A stretch of 64,000 nucleotides of DNA from assembly GCF_008831285.2 (NCBI RefSeq), contig NC_045138.2:4030001-4094000 (forward strand), given 5' to 3'. A model generated the notes under the pieces. The model did no database searches and had not been told where the DNA came from. It saw nothing but the letters and a program-made list of their open reading frames with translations. Shown here piece by piece: positions 12,930 to 24,532 of this stretch. Each line of letters starts with the position of its first letter. Position 1 is the first letter of the stretch. A program made the position numbers and the translations under genes. The stretch comes from Nymphaea colorata (taxonomy: Eukaryota).

Positions 12930-13356
12930 CGCTTTGTCTGAATGGAGGGAAAGGGAAAGAAAGAGAGGGTTAGAAAGGAAAGGAAAAGAAAGGGAGGAAA
13001 GAGAATAGAAAAGAAAGGAAAGGAAAAAATGTGATTATAAAACTTGTTTGGATGAAAAAAAGGAAAAAAAAATTATAATACTTTAGAATAATACATCTCA
13101 ATTCTTTTGTGTGCTTTTGATAGACACATGGGTATAGATGGCAGAAAGGCGGAGACGTTTCCTTTCCTTCCCAATCCCTCCAGAATTGGAGGGATTGGAT
13201 TTATATTACATGTTCCTTTTCTTTCTCTCCCCTTCATTTCTCTCCCTTTGCAACCAAACAAACTTTTAATTTTTTTCTTTCTATCCTTTTTAATTAATCA
13301 AACAAACAAAGGATTGATTGTTTAATTTCTCCCTTCCCCTCCATCCAAACAGGGCA
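12930..13356. mobile_element. Tourist/PIF-Harbinger-like MITE (GGAAA/TTTCC-rich)
   Basis: Ends CGCTTTGTCTGAATGGAGGG / CCCTCCATCCAAACAGGGCA with TAA/CAA flanks. Same architecture as 53915-54365. Confidence 0.7.
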
Positions 13357-13479
13357 CAAAAATAAACATAAAAGGTCAAATCTTAAGCGGCCGAACTTTG
13401 GACCGGTAAACAAACAGAAAGATTTGTCGACAAAACAAAAGATCTCTCTCTCTCTCTCTCCCTCTCACTCTGAAACAGT

Positions 13480-13835
13480 AATTAAAAGTATAACCTCTAT
13501 AATTCCCTGAGGAAAACTATAAATCTAGTGAAGAACAAGAGCACAAATTGATTATAAAAGAAGGAAACATGTACAAATGAAAGGAAAATAAATTCAGGGT
13601 TTTCAATTAACTATCATCTTCACACGCTCCAAATGAACTACCAGTCCATTTAAATAGAGCTTCCTAACTAATTGGATCTTGGATCCGAAACTACAATAAT
13701 AATGTCCAAACTCAATTTAATAAATCCAAACATAAAAAAGATTCAATAAAGCTAAAATAGAATGAATCCATTCTAATATCCGATCAGTGTGAGCCTGTGT
13801 CATTGATCCAGTCTACAATAAGATCTGAGTGAACT
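13480..13835. repeat. Dispersed ~350-bp repeat, also at ~49060-49415 and 63737-64000, embedded between microsatellites
   Basis: Shared TGAAGAACAAGA.CACAAATTGA..AAGAAGGAAACATGTACAAA..TAAATAGAGCTTCCTAA..AATAATAATGTCCAA. Confidence 0.75.
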
Positions 13836-13844
13836 GCTACTGTT

Positions 13845-13876
<32 letters not shown>

Positions 13877-16179
13877 GTCGGGTTGGGTGGTATATTATAG
13901 CCACCTCCTTTGTTAAATTCCTGGAGGATGTTATCCTGATTATATTGAGTAATGCTGATCTTCGGATTATGGGTGTCATTATGAGGCCAAGTATATGAGA
14001 AATGAGTTAAAATCTCCTACTTTGTGGTCGGTCTTGATGCTTGATCCTCTTCTTCACTTATTTTCTAAATCAAGCAATCCTAAGCAAGAATCCAAGTTGG
14101 GATTCGAGCTTAGCAAAGCTAAAAGAAGAATAACTTGCTTGCTGAAATTTGGAGTGAAAAAGATAACTTCTCACCAAGAAAATCCTAAGTAAGGGTTCAC
14201 TTGAGCACCCTAACTTAGCAAAATTAATGGATAGAATAGAAGAAAATATGAAGAGGAAAATGGGAGAAAGGGGAAAGGAGGCTTGGACGAATTCTTCTTC
14301 TCCTTCTGGGCCTCTCCCACTTAGCTCCTTAGCTGCAACGACTTGATGCAATACTCCAAAATTTTCGTCCTCCTTCTTGGTAGCCAAGGGGAGGCTTATA
14401 TAGAGGAGGAGGTGGGTTCAACCACCTTCTTAACTCACTTTGAGAACTCACTCAAGATCTTAGGGACTTGTAAAATGAGCTATATAAGGTTTAGTAGCTC
14501 TAATTGACCATTCTTAGCCCATTTACACGAGCTAGGTGGGTTGGGGGTCAACCTTGGTTCAGACCTAGCTGACCAACCTTGACCAAAATTTTGAACGAAA
14601 ATGTCCCTGCATAAGGTTTTGCCTTATTTTGTTTTATTTATTTATTTTTTGTTTGAAATTGAGCTTGTTAGGTTAAATCTTATTCATTAACCTCTTAATG
14701 CTATTGAATTATGACAATTCAATTAAAATTTGAATAAAATTCGAAAATTCTATCAAATTTAGTTTGTAAAGGGTATTTTCGTTCAACACTTGATTAAAGA
14801 TGGATTTCACTTGAATCAAACTTTGATTTGAAATATTGAATTTTAATTTGGTATTTGATTTATGCTTTTGACAAATCCAAATGTATATTTGCCTTTAATA
14901 AACTAATTTAGGCTCTGTAATCTCAATTTGATCATAGAAGAGCAAAATTATCCAAATAAGTCAATTTCGACCAATTGTCCAAAGTCAAAGCTCATTTGCA
15001 AGTAGTTTGACTTTGTTTGAGGTAATTTGATAAATTTGAGCTAAGAAAGCTCTTAATTAAGCTAAATTGTGCTTTGACTGGGTTTGGCCAAAGTGTGTTC
15101 GATTCGGTCATAGTCTATTTTCGTCAACTCGTTTGGTCGCGAGACAGACCTACCCTTTTGACTTTGTTGAGCCTAAGTTGACCAGACCTTGCTGAAATTG
15201 ACACCACATTTAGGTGCACCCGGGTCAAACCTACTTGGATTAAGTAGGTTAAGTGAGTTTAATTCTAACACTTATTACTTCTTTGGAATTTGATTTTTCT
15301 TTAACTAAGGGAGAAAGAGAGATTAATGTTTCTCTTTTCCTATGAACATTTATTCATTATCTCTTGAAAATGATTTTTTTCATTTAATTGAGAGAAGAAT
15401 ATATATTTTTTTAAAGGGGGTACGTGACCCCTAGGGTGGCTCTTGACCACACGGGCTAGGTGGGGCCCACACGTGGGTCCAACGTTGCATTCTAGACTGA
15501 ATTAGATCATATTCTTAGATTTGAATCAAAATTTGAATTTTTCAATCGGTTATGGATTTCAAATGACATTTGCAATTGGATTTGGATGTCAAATGACATC
15601 CTTAATTAGAGTTAGATGTCAAATGACATTTGTAATTGGATTAGGACTCGTAATTCTGCATTGGGATTTGTGTCACGGGTTAAATCATGATTTGAATCTT
15701 AGTTGTTCTTTAGATTCAAAATTAGCTTTGCAATTTCAAATGTTTACAAGTCTTTTTTATAAAATTTTCACATTGCTTCAATTTTGATGTGGAAAAATTT
15801 AGAGTGTTAACACCAACAAAAAAAAAAATCATATTTAAACCTAGATCTGATTTCAAATTCAGACACAATTGATCCAAATGTGAGCTTCGGATCCAAATTA
15901 AATGTAAATAATGATCCAAAATCTAAACCAAAATCCGAAATATAGATCCATATCATGGTTTGGATCCAAATCCTTAGTCCTATCCAAGTATAGATCCATT
16001 GTAAAAAAGAGATTAGGAAACTGCCATGCCAAAGATTTGGATGCATCCGATTTGCCTCAGCTGCTGGAAAAAATAAGTGAGCTACTTAAAGGATCATCAC
16101 CGTAAAGAGCAGCAACGTGGTACTGCAGCATCAGCAAAGTAATAGACCTCCCATCGTTAATGCTCTCATATCCCTAACA

Positions 16180-16910
16180 CCTGATTATTGGATAGTCGAC
16201 TGATTTCGTGATCATGTGCCTATGAATTGCTGTAATCTTACCAATTATTCTTTTATGTCTAGAAAAAAATCTTCCTCATTGCTAATGGTTATCTATGCAT
16301 GTTTTAGAAGTAGGAGAATTGGATTTTCTTAGAAATGGTATCAAATCTAAAACATTTTCTATGGGAGATGTCTCAACTAACTTGTATGTTTCAAAGATTG
16401 CTGGAGATTTATATTGTCATGTTTTTTTGTCCTCCACTAATGTTATATTTGAACACACTAGTTTGAAGAGGAAGATTGGTGAGGAAACTCAAGAAAATGA
16501 CTTATATATGCTTAAAATTAACGCATGCTCCTTGACTGCCCAAATCAATCATGCTTGGGAGCTGTGGCATGAGAGACTTGGTCATCCATCATGACACACC
16601 CTGAATATTTTATTACCAAATTTGAATTATAAGTCACATGTTTGTGAAACTTGTAAGCATGTTAAAATGTCTATAGGCTCCCGTTCTATGAATCTTTGAA
16701 TAATGCTTTGTCTCCATTTGAACTAGTGCATAGTGACGTGTGGGGACCAGCCCCAGTGAATTCAAGCTCAATATAACATTTATTGATGATTTTTCAAGAA
16801 CTACTTGGATTTATTTATTAAAAATCAAGGATGAAATTTTTGCAAAATTTTGTAAAGTTTTACAAAATAGTTGAAACTCAATTTGAAATCCATATAAAAT
16901 GTCTTGAATC
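16180..16910 (+). mobile_element. Degenerate Ty1/copia pol fragment (protease, GAG-pre-integrase, integrase start)
   Basis: Translates to WIVD, LWHERLGHPS, CETCKH, LVHSDVWGPAPV and TFIDDFSRTTWIYLLK, with stops and frameshifts. Confidence 0.85.
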
Positions 16911-19900
16911 TAACATATGAAAACCGGTTTTCTCAATAATTTGAAAGAGAGTGGGTGGAACCATCAATTCACTGGTGATGGAGCTAAAGGAGTGTCGATA
17001 TTGCTGGCTCCTAGAGGAGGCATGTTGGAGGGTGAGGTAGAGGTGCTAGAGCAGATTTTCAATGGTGAACTGATAACAATAATCTTTCCGGTTGATGCTT
17101 TAGACCGAAAGCTTTGTCAACACCCTGATGGAAGGAGAGTGTGGGCTGTTTGCAGAAGAACTTTAGAAGGTTTTGAGTACAGAGTGAAGAAGGAGAAAGG
17201 GATGGTCAGTTTTGGTGTGTTCATAATGTCCATCTAAAGGAGAGGGAAATTTATTTTCTGCAGACCAACAGCTGTAGGCAAAAATTAACGAGTGAAAATT
17301 AGCATTTGTATGGAGGCTTTAGTCAACCCTTTGTTATTTCTGATTGTGAAAATTAGGTGATTTTGTTTAAATCTATGTCACCATGCTATGTGGGGGATAC
17401 CCGTGTATCCGTACCAGTATGCTGGTTTGCCAAAACGGGTACGCGGGTATGTTTTGGTACGTTTAGATCTGGTTTTGGGTCGGAACCAGATTCAAACCAT
17501 AATAAAATGTAAACTGCTTCTCGATCTTCCTTGGTCTTTTGGCGGGAGCTTGGGCAAAGGCTGGCGATGGACATCGAGTCGGCAACAACAAGTTTTTTCT
17601 TTTGATGGTTTTTAGGGTTGCTGCAATTTTTGGGGGTTTGACAGCTTGGGCAGCTCGATTGAGTGTTGGTTTGTTTTGTATGTCAACTTGTTCGATGTGT
17701 TTAGTGGTTCCTCTTCAGTTTATTTATTGAGTTCTCTCTTGCTATTACGGTTGATACTAGATTCATTTGTTAGGTTTTCAGTTTGTTTCTTGAGTTCTCT
17801 CGTGTTATTATTCATTTGTTAGGTTCCTTTTTTGTTTCGTTTTTATTTTTAAGAACCGATCAAAATGACATCCTATGAGATTAGCGGAAGTTTTCCTTTT
17901 ATGTTGTTTTGTCGCAATGATCTCAGTCTATTTATGTTTTTTTTATGAGACGATATGTAGGAACCATGGAAGGAATATTTTATGTTTTTTTATGATATTA
18001 TATGTACTAACTATGAAATAAACATTGTGCTAATGATTTGATGATATCATTTGTTTTTAATTTTTTAATTTTACTTTTTGAAATTAAAAAAAAATATAAT
18101 CATCACACTACCAGCATGCCATGATTGGCGAAAACCTATGTGGCAGGTTTATTCCAATTTTGCAGGCAAAATTGGGCATGTGGCACATTGGAAATTAACT
18201 GTTGTTAAATCGATATCCGGTGTGCAGTGATGCGAGTCACTAAGAGCTAAATTTTTGTCCGTTCCTTACTCAGGATGACCAAAGTTGAATATCAATCAAG
18301 AATTGTATGTTGTAATTTTAATTAGATGTTTTTATCTTGGTCAAAAAAATGATTGCCATTGATCCCAATGTTAGTTACTATTTCTCATATTTTATAACAT
18401 TTTGATTTATCTCTCTCTCTCTCTCTCTCTCATGCAATCTTTTAGTCCCGTTGTCAAAGAGCTTGCAGCCATTCTTTTCTGTCAACCAAGAATTTTGTAG
18501 AGCTTTCTGTTTATTCTCTTATAATGTAACGCTCCATTTTTTTATTTGATTTGATTTAATTAATTTGATTCGGAGGGAGATCTTCCAAGAGGTGTGCTTC
18601 GGATCCTTTTTCTTTTGACTTGAAATTTCTTTTTCCTTTTTTTATATACTGATGTTTCTCCTTCTCATTTCAGTCCACCTTATTTTTTATTTCCCCTCAA
18701 TAAGTGAACATGCTTTTTTTCTGGTCACGAAAAAGAAATATAATTTTCAAGATGAAAGCACAACCATGAACCTATTTTAAATATACATTAATGTTGAACT
18801 TGGGCTCAAATTAAAATTTGAGTTTGTAAATAAGGTGCATGTATTATGGTAACAGCAAGGATGGCCAAATTGCTCATATTGCAGAAAATTTTAAGTGATC
18901 TTGAATATTTTAGTCCTAATACAATGCAAGGGTGGATTCATTTTTACTGTTATATATAATTCAAGAATATGCATGTTGAATCCATTTTCAAGGTTACTTA
19001 TATGAATCCAGTCGTAGAAACATGGTGCTTAGTTGTTGCACGCTATTTTGATTCCATTTGCTTGTTGTCGAGCTCGATCTCGTTAGCTTTTAATTCACAA
19101 GCTTAAAGGAGTCGCACTCGAACATAGTCTACCAAGTCCAACATGAGCTAACCTTATAGAGCTCGACTTGCCTCGTGTATTACCCTGACTGCTAATAATG
19201 TTTGTCGCAATGCTAACTGCTGGGGCTTTAATTGTGAAAGAATGATACTAATGTTTGTTAATCTAGTTCTAGTAATATGCAATTCCTATAGAACCTTGAA
19301 AATGGTGGGGGCAGGGGGCTATTTTTCTTTTGTATATTTTAATTCTAAAAATATGCTAATTTTTTATTCTTTTTGTTCTTAAAGAGCAGCCCTCAGTCAT
19401 GGAGACCGAAGGATTTGGCCAACAAAATGAGAGAGAGAGGGGGGGGGGGAGAGAGAGATCAGTCAGGGATACTGGAGGCAGGGTGCCTGGCAGGGGCCAT
19501 GTCCCTTTCTTGGATTTTAAAAAAATCAAAAAATTATTTATAAATTTTTAATATTTTAGTTTATACTTCATAAAAAATTTTGAAAAATTAATATTTATGC
19601 AAATGGTCTTTCTCTATATGTGGGGACAAAATGAATTGCAAATGGCCAATTTGGTATAAGATTATTACAAACAACATCAAATGCAGTTTAGCTACTCGAC
19701 CTTGAGGAATCAAATTTAAATTTAACTAATCAGGTTTCGTTGAAAGAAGAAAAAGAAAAAATATTCTAGCTATGAACTACATATTAGACGAAGAAAGACG
19801 AATAAGAGACCAGAAGGACTCACGGATCTCTCAACAATTTGATTAACATTCTCATATAATACCCATCATGTACATTATCTTCTCACCACAGCCACAATTT

Positions 19901-21100
19901 CTCTGATAACACTATGACATATTTTTTAAATTATTGGTATTTGATTTTTTTAACGTTTTAAAGCGAGGAAAATAATTAATGTTGAGACAACCTTAAAAAT
20001 TTTAAACAAATAATTTCTTAAAAAAATGAATGACTTTATGGAAAGAAAAAAAGAAGAAGAAGGGGCTACTGTCAATTTGTTCTTGATAAGTGGATTGGGG
20101 TTTTAAGAGGAAAAGAAAATACGAGACATCTAAAGGTGGTAGGCTGAACCACAAGCAAGTGGGCAAAGGTACGACAAAAATGAAAAGAAAAAATTGACTT
20201 TGTCTTCATTATGATACCATTCATATTCTATTAGCTTATATAACGCTGCATGAGTGCACTTAGCCTATAAGGTTTATTTTTCTGGTGGAAGAACGATTTT
20301 TTTTTTTTTTGGTGTTATTGTTGGATTTTGCTTGTTGCACCACTTGTTCTAAACCCCCAACTGCAGCCTCATGTGCATGAAATCAAGAAAGCCTACTTGA
20401 AAGGAAATAGCTGAAAAGACTAGCAATAACACCTAGCCCTGGCTATGTAATTGGTCTGACCAACCTTGTGTGGCTGATGCTACTTGATCATGCTCTGTTG
20501 CTATTGTTAGAGAGACCTTTTCACATCCCGTTCTGATCTCATAGTTCTGTTAAACAGAGTTTGTTGAAAGACAACATTTGAACTGGACTAGTACGAGTCC
20601 CAGTTATCTTGATCCTAAATCTAAATATGAAACACTTTATAAATGTCATCATGGGGACATCATCATCATCATGAGTTTGGGAAGGTTGATGGCATTCCCT
20701 TGCAGCACGAACAAGTTGTACTTCTAGTCAATGGTCAGATCACGAAACTTGGATGGGATAAATAAAATTTTGGATTAAAAAAAAAAAGGTTCATGCATTC
20801 AAACGTTTTACATACTACAATGAGGAATCCGATAAATGTGAGAAAGAGGAAGTGTAGGTGATGTAGAAGTTTGTGGTTTGGGAATTTTTGCCGATTTATT
20901 TAACACCAATCATAGACTTTGCCAGCCTGTAGAGCACTTCCTTCGTCTTCCTTCTCTTTCCACTTTCAGATTTAAGCAGTCGTGGACCTAAATTTTTTTG
21001 GCCTTACTTCCTCTTCCTCTCGTTCCATTTTCAGATTTCCAGTTCTCTTCCTTTGCTAGCTCTTTCTTCTACCAAGAAAAGATGAAAAAAAACAGAGGAG

Positions 21101-21430
21101 ATGACAACAGTAATCAACACCCTTGTGCAAACACCTATTTCTGTTCTGTTAGAGGCTATAGCCAGCTTGTTGGAAGAAAAGGTGGATTTCATCTTGAATG
21201 CCGAAGACGATCTCAAGGTGCTCCAGGAGAAGGTGAGATGCTTTCAAGAGGCCCTCAAAGCCACAGATCACTTTTTCAGCAATGAGCGCAACAGAGATCT
21301 GGAGGGACAGCTGAAGGATGTTTTCAATGATGCCCAGGATATCATCGAACGATACCAAACCACAACTGCACTTTGCAAAAGGGACAAGGTAAGCAAGCCC
21401 TGGACCACTCTGTGCTCTTGCTTTAATTAA
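21101..21430 (+). CDS. NLR2 N-terminal coiled-coil ORF (109 aa), ended by a premature TAA in frame with the downstream NB-LRR ORF
   Basis: Aligns with the CC of the paralogues (FNDAQDII). TAA at 21428-21430 corresponds to GAA in NLR1/NLR3 and CAA in the 50781 copy. Confidence 0.75.
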   Translation: MTTVINTLVQTPISVLLEAIASLLEEKVDFILNAEDDLKVLQEKVRCFQEALKATDHFFSNERNRDLEGQLKDVFNDAQDIIERYQTTTALCKRDKVSKPWTTLCSCFN

Positions 21431-21511
21431 CATGTATCTACATGTTACCAACTTGGGAATGAAATTAAAAAGATCAACCAAAGGCATAATGAAATTGAAC
21501 AACATAAGGAA

Positions 21512-24500
21512 ATGGTGGATTTGCTCAACACAACACCAAAAATTAAGAGTGAGGATGCTATTGGTGGGGAACATGACAATCCTCGAGTGACAACCCATCT
21601 CATAAGTAGTGCACAACCACCCATGGGTAGGGCAGATGATAAAGAGAAAGTAAAAGAACTCTTGTTTTATGGCTTTAAAGAAAGTAGTGCGCTCGGAAAA
21701 GATGGTGTTTCTATTGTATCCATTGTAGGTCAAGGTGGGATTGGGAAAACAACTCTTGCAAAAATGGTTTTTAATGAAGTCAAAGAACAGTTTGGGAACC
21801 GCAGGTGGTGGGTTTGTGTTTCAGAGAAGCCAAATCGTATGGGTTTGCTGAAAAAGATACTAAAGGAAGTATGCAAGGAATCAGTCAGAGAACTTAAGGG
21901 TACCTATTCCTTAAGTGATTTGTGCACACGATTGCAGAGCAAGCTGTCAAAGAGCAAGTTCATATTGGTCTTAGATGATGTATGGGAATTAGATGGGTGG
22001 TGGGGAGACATAGCAGGCATCCTATTGGGAGGTGCAAAGGAAAGCAAGATTTTGATCACCAATAGAAAGGTAGAAGTCTCCCAAGCAATTGGTGCTAAAA
22101 TTCATAAATTGTCACAAATGTCTTTCGATGAAAGTTGGAGTTTGTTTCTGCGTGTGGCAAAGAAACAAGAATATGAATTAGAGAGTCACCATTTGAAACG
22201 TATTGGGGAGAAAATAGTGGCGAAATGTGGTGGCTTGCCACTTGTTGTCCAGACGGTAGGATCCTTAATGCGTACAAAAAGGATGACTAAAGATGACTGG
22301 GAAAGCGTTGAGAAGAGTGAGATTTGGGAATGGAAGATGCCTGTCTCAACATCATCATCCTCTGAAATATGTGGTAGCATTCTTCCTGGTCTCATGCTGA
22401 GCTACGATGACTTGCCACATTATTTGAAGAGTTGTTTTGTATATTGCTGCATTTATCCAAAGAATTATGAAATAAAAAGGGATAGATTGGTCATGCAATG
22501 GATGGCACATGGATTGATTGACCAAAAGAAAGCCATTGATGTGGAAGTGACTGCTAACCAGTGGATTAGTGATTTGATAAATCGGTTCATGATTGAAGAA
22601 ACTGAATATAAGGATCTCAAATTGCATGACATTTTGCATGACCTTGCCTTATATATAGGTGGAAAGGAATATAGTCATGCCTCTGCTACTGAGCACACCC
22701 GCCATCTATCATTACTTGGTGTCGACGATGCCGATGCGCAAAAGCATAATGCCTCAGGAGCAGCAAATAAGTTGTGCACAATATTGACGAGTGAGTTGCC
22801 TTTGGTTTACGCTAAAGACTTAGCCAATTTCAAGTGTTTGAGGGTGTTATCATTGAGGGAATGTCGGATCGATGAGCTGCCAAAGTCCATTGAAGACCTT
22901 GCACTTCTAAAATATTTGGATCTAAGCCATTGTCATGTGAGACGGTTGCCCAGTTCAATCGGCAGACTCTGTAACCTGCAAACATTGGATTTAAGTAATA
23001 GTAGAATTGGAGAGTTGCCCAAGGAAATGGGCAAACTGTGCAACTTGAGGTATCTTGGCCTAAAAGATGCAGAGGAATTGGAATTTGTAGCTGAAGGCCT
23101 GGGGAAGCTTACTAATTTACGGACCTTGCATAGGTTTAGGGTATGCGATGACAAGGGGGATACAAGAGGATGCAAGATTGAGGAAATAAAAGACTTGAAT
23201 AAACTAAAGGGGGAATTGTCAATAGAAGGTTTGGGTGGGGGAAGGGTGAAAGTAATTGATGCAGAGAAAGCAGAGCTTAAGGAGAAGCATGAGCTAATTA
23301 GGGTGAAATTTGACTTTGAGGTGCGAGAGGATGATAAAGTTGGTAGTGCTTCTGAACAGAAGGGCTTGCTGGAGGCTTTGAAACCTCCACATAGCATAGA
23401 GAGGTTGGAAATTTGGGGTTATACAGGAGATAGGCCTGCGTGGTATTCGGACACCAATTGTGGGAAGCTGCAGACACTATGGCTTCTAAGTTGCCCATCA
23501 TGGGACACAGTGACAGGAATTAAATCATTGGAAGAATTGGGGGTCAGCAACTGCCCAACATTGTGTGAATTACGGAGCATGCCTTTGCTGAAGTCCTTGG
23601 AAATTTGGGAATGTGATGGGCTCAACACGATTGGTGACTTGCCGGCATTGGAGTCGTTGGATGTGAACAGATGTGAAAAGCTGAAGACTCTCGCTAACAT
23701 GCCTGCATTGGAGTCATTGGAGGTGAAGAGATGTGGTAGGGTAGAGCAAGTAGCTGATGATCACATGCCAGCATTAAAGAGGTTGTGGTTGTCTGACCTG
23801 AACATTTTGAAGCAGCTCCCTACTCGCCTTCCTTCACTTGAGAAACTAAGTGTGAATAATTTGCCCAACTGGGAATCAACACTTACTTCTATGCCATGCT
23901 TAAGAGAGGCACACTTTTACAAATGTCCAAAGATGCAAACAAAAGGCTGGATTTATGCTCTATTGGAGATGGCGGGGTATGACGGTCAAGCGATTCAGCT
24001 CCAAAGGCTGTCAGTGTGGAATTGCCCAAGTGCAAGATTGGGATGGAAATTGCTTGAGCAACTACCTAACCTCGTTGAGTTGGGGTTGGATTCAGAATCA
24101 GCAGTACTACTGCCATCGCCATTGCCATCACAAGTATCGACATTTCTACCCTCCCTTACATGTCTGTATTTGAGAGACAATAATGTTAATGAGGAGGTCA
24201 AATGGGGAAGGGTGCCTGAGTGGGTGTGGGGTCTCTCTCAACTGGAGGAATTGAAACTAAACTCCTTCTCTGAGGACATCAGTTTGGGAGGCCACTGGCA
24301 ATGCTTCCTGAAACTGAGAAAGCTGATGCTTTCTAAGTTCCCCAATCTGAAGTCTCTGGTGGACGTGAATGTTATTACTCCCCAACAAAATGAAACAACA
24401 TGTGCCACCGATGCACAGCAACAGATCGCCTGCCTTTCCAACCTTCAATCGTTGACAATTGACTCATGTCCAGCACTCCATCTGCCGCAGGAGTTAAGCG

Positions 24501-24532
24501 ACCGTCTTGCGAAAAGATTAGACATAGATTAA
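21512..24532 (+). CDS. NLR2 NB-ARC-LRR ORF, 1006 aa; the whole locus 21101-24532 is a CC-NB-LRR gene with one nonsense codon
   Basis: Uninterrupted ORF containing GQGGIGKTT, LVLDDVWE, KILITNR, GLPL, CFVYCCIYPK, LHD and a full LRR region. Same frame as the 21101 ORF. Confidence 0.9.
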   Translation: MVDLLNTTPKIKSEDAIGGEHDNPRVTTHLISSAQPPMGRADDKEKVKELLFYGFKESSALGKDGVSIVSIVGQGGIGKTTLAKMVFNEVKEQFGNRRWWVCVSEKPNRMGLLKKILKEVCKESVRELKGTYSLSDLCTRLQSKLSKSKFILVLDDVWELDGWWGDIAGILLGGAKESKILITNRKVEVSQAIGAKIHKLSQMSFDESWSLFLRVAKKQEYELESHHLKRIGEKIVAKCGGLPLVVQTVGSLMRTKRMTKDDWESVEKSEIWEWKMPVSTSSSSEICGSILPGLMLSYDDLPHYLKSCFVYCCIYPKNYEIKRDRLVMQWMAHGLIDQKKAIDVEVTANQWISDLINRFMIEETEYKDLKLHDILHDLALYIGGKEYSHASATEHTRHLSLLGVDDADAQKHNASGAANKLCTILTSELPLVYAKDLANFKCLRVLSLRECRIDELPKSIEDLALLKYLDLSHCHVRRLPSSIGRLCNLQTLDLSNSRIGELPKEMGKLCNLRYLGLKDAEELEFVAEGLGKLTNLRTLHRFRVCDDKGDTRGCKIEEIKDLNKLKGELSIEGLGGGRVKVIDAEKAELKEKHELIRVKFDFEVREDDKVGSASEQKGLLEALKPPHSIERLEIWGYTGDRPAWYSDTNCGKLQTLWLLSCPSWDTVTGIKSLEELGVSNCPTLCELRSMPLLKSLEIWECDGLNTIGDLPALESLDVNRCEKLKTLANMPALESLEVKRCGRVEQVADDHMPALKRLWLSDLNILKQLPTRLPSLEKLSVNNLPNWESTLTSMPCLREAHFYKCPKMQTKGWIYALLEMAGYDGQAIQLQRLSVWNCPSARLGWKLLEQLPNLVELGLDSESAVLLPSPLPSQVSTFLPSLTCLYLRDNNVNEEVKWGRVPEWVWGLSQLEELKLNSFSEDISLGGHWQCFLKLRKLMLSKFPNLKSLVDVNVITPQQNETTCATDAQQQIACLSNLQSLTIDSCPALHLPQELSDRLAKRLDID

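Noticed and set aside
13168..13200. MITE internal hairpin TTCCCAATCCCTCC, complementary at 13/14 nt to the NLR P-loop codons
   Set aside because: Too short and low-complexity; the sister MITE at 53915 does not keep the match. Likely chance.
13880..15500. LTR-like segment with a minus-strand TATA box at ~14396-14406
   Set aside because: Boundaries, TSD and partner not identifiable.
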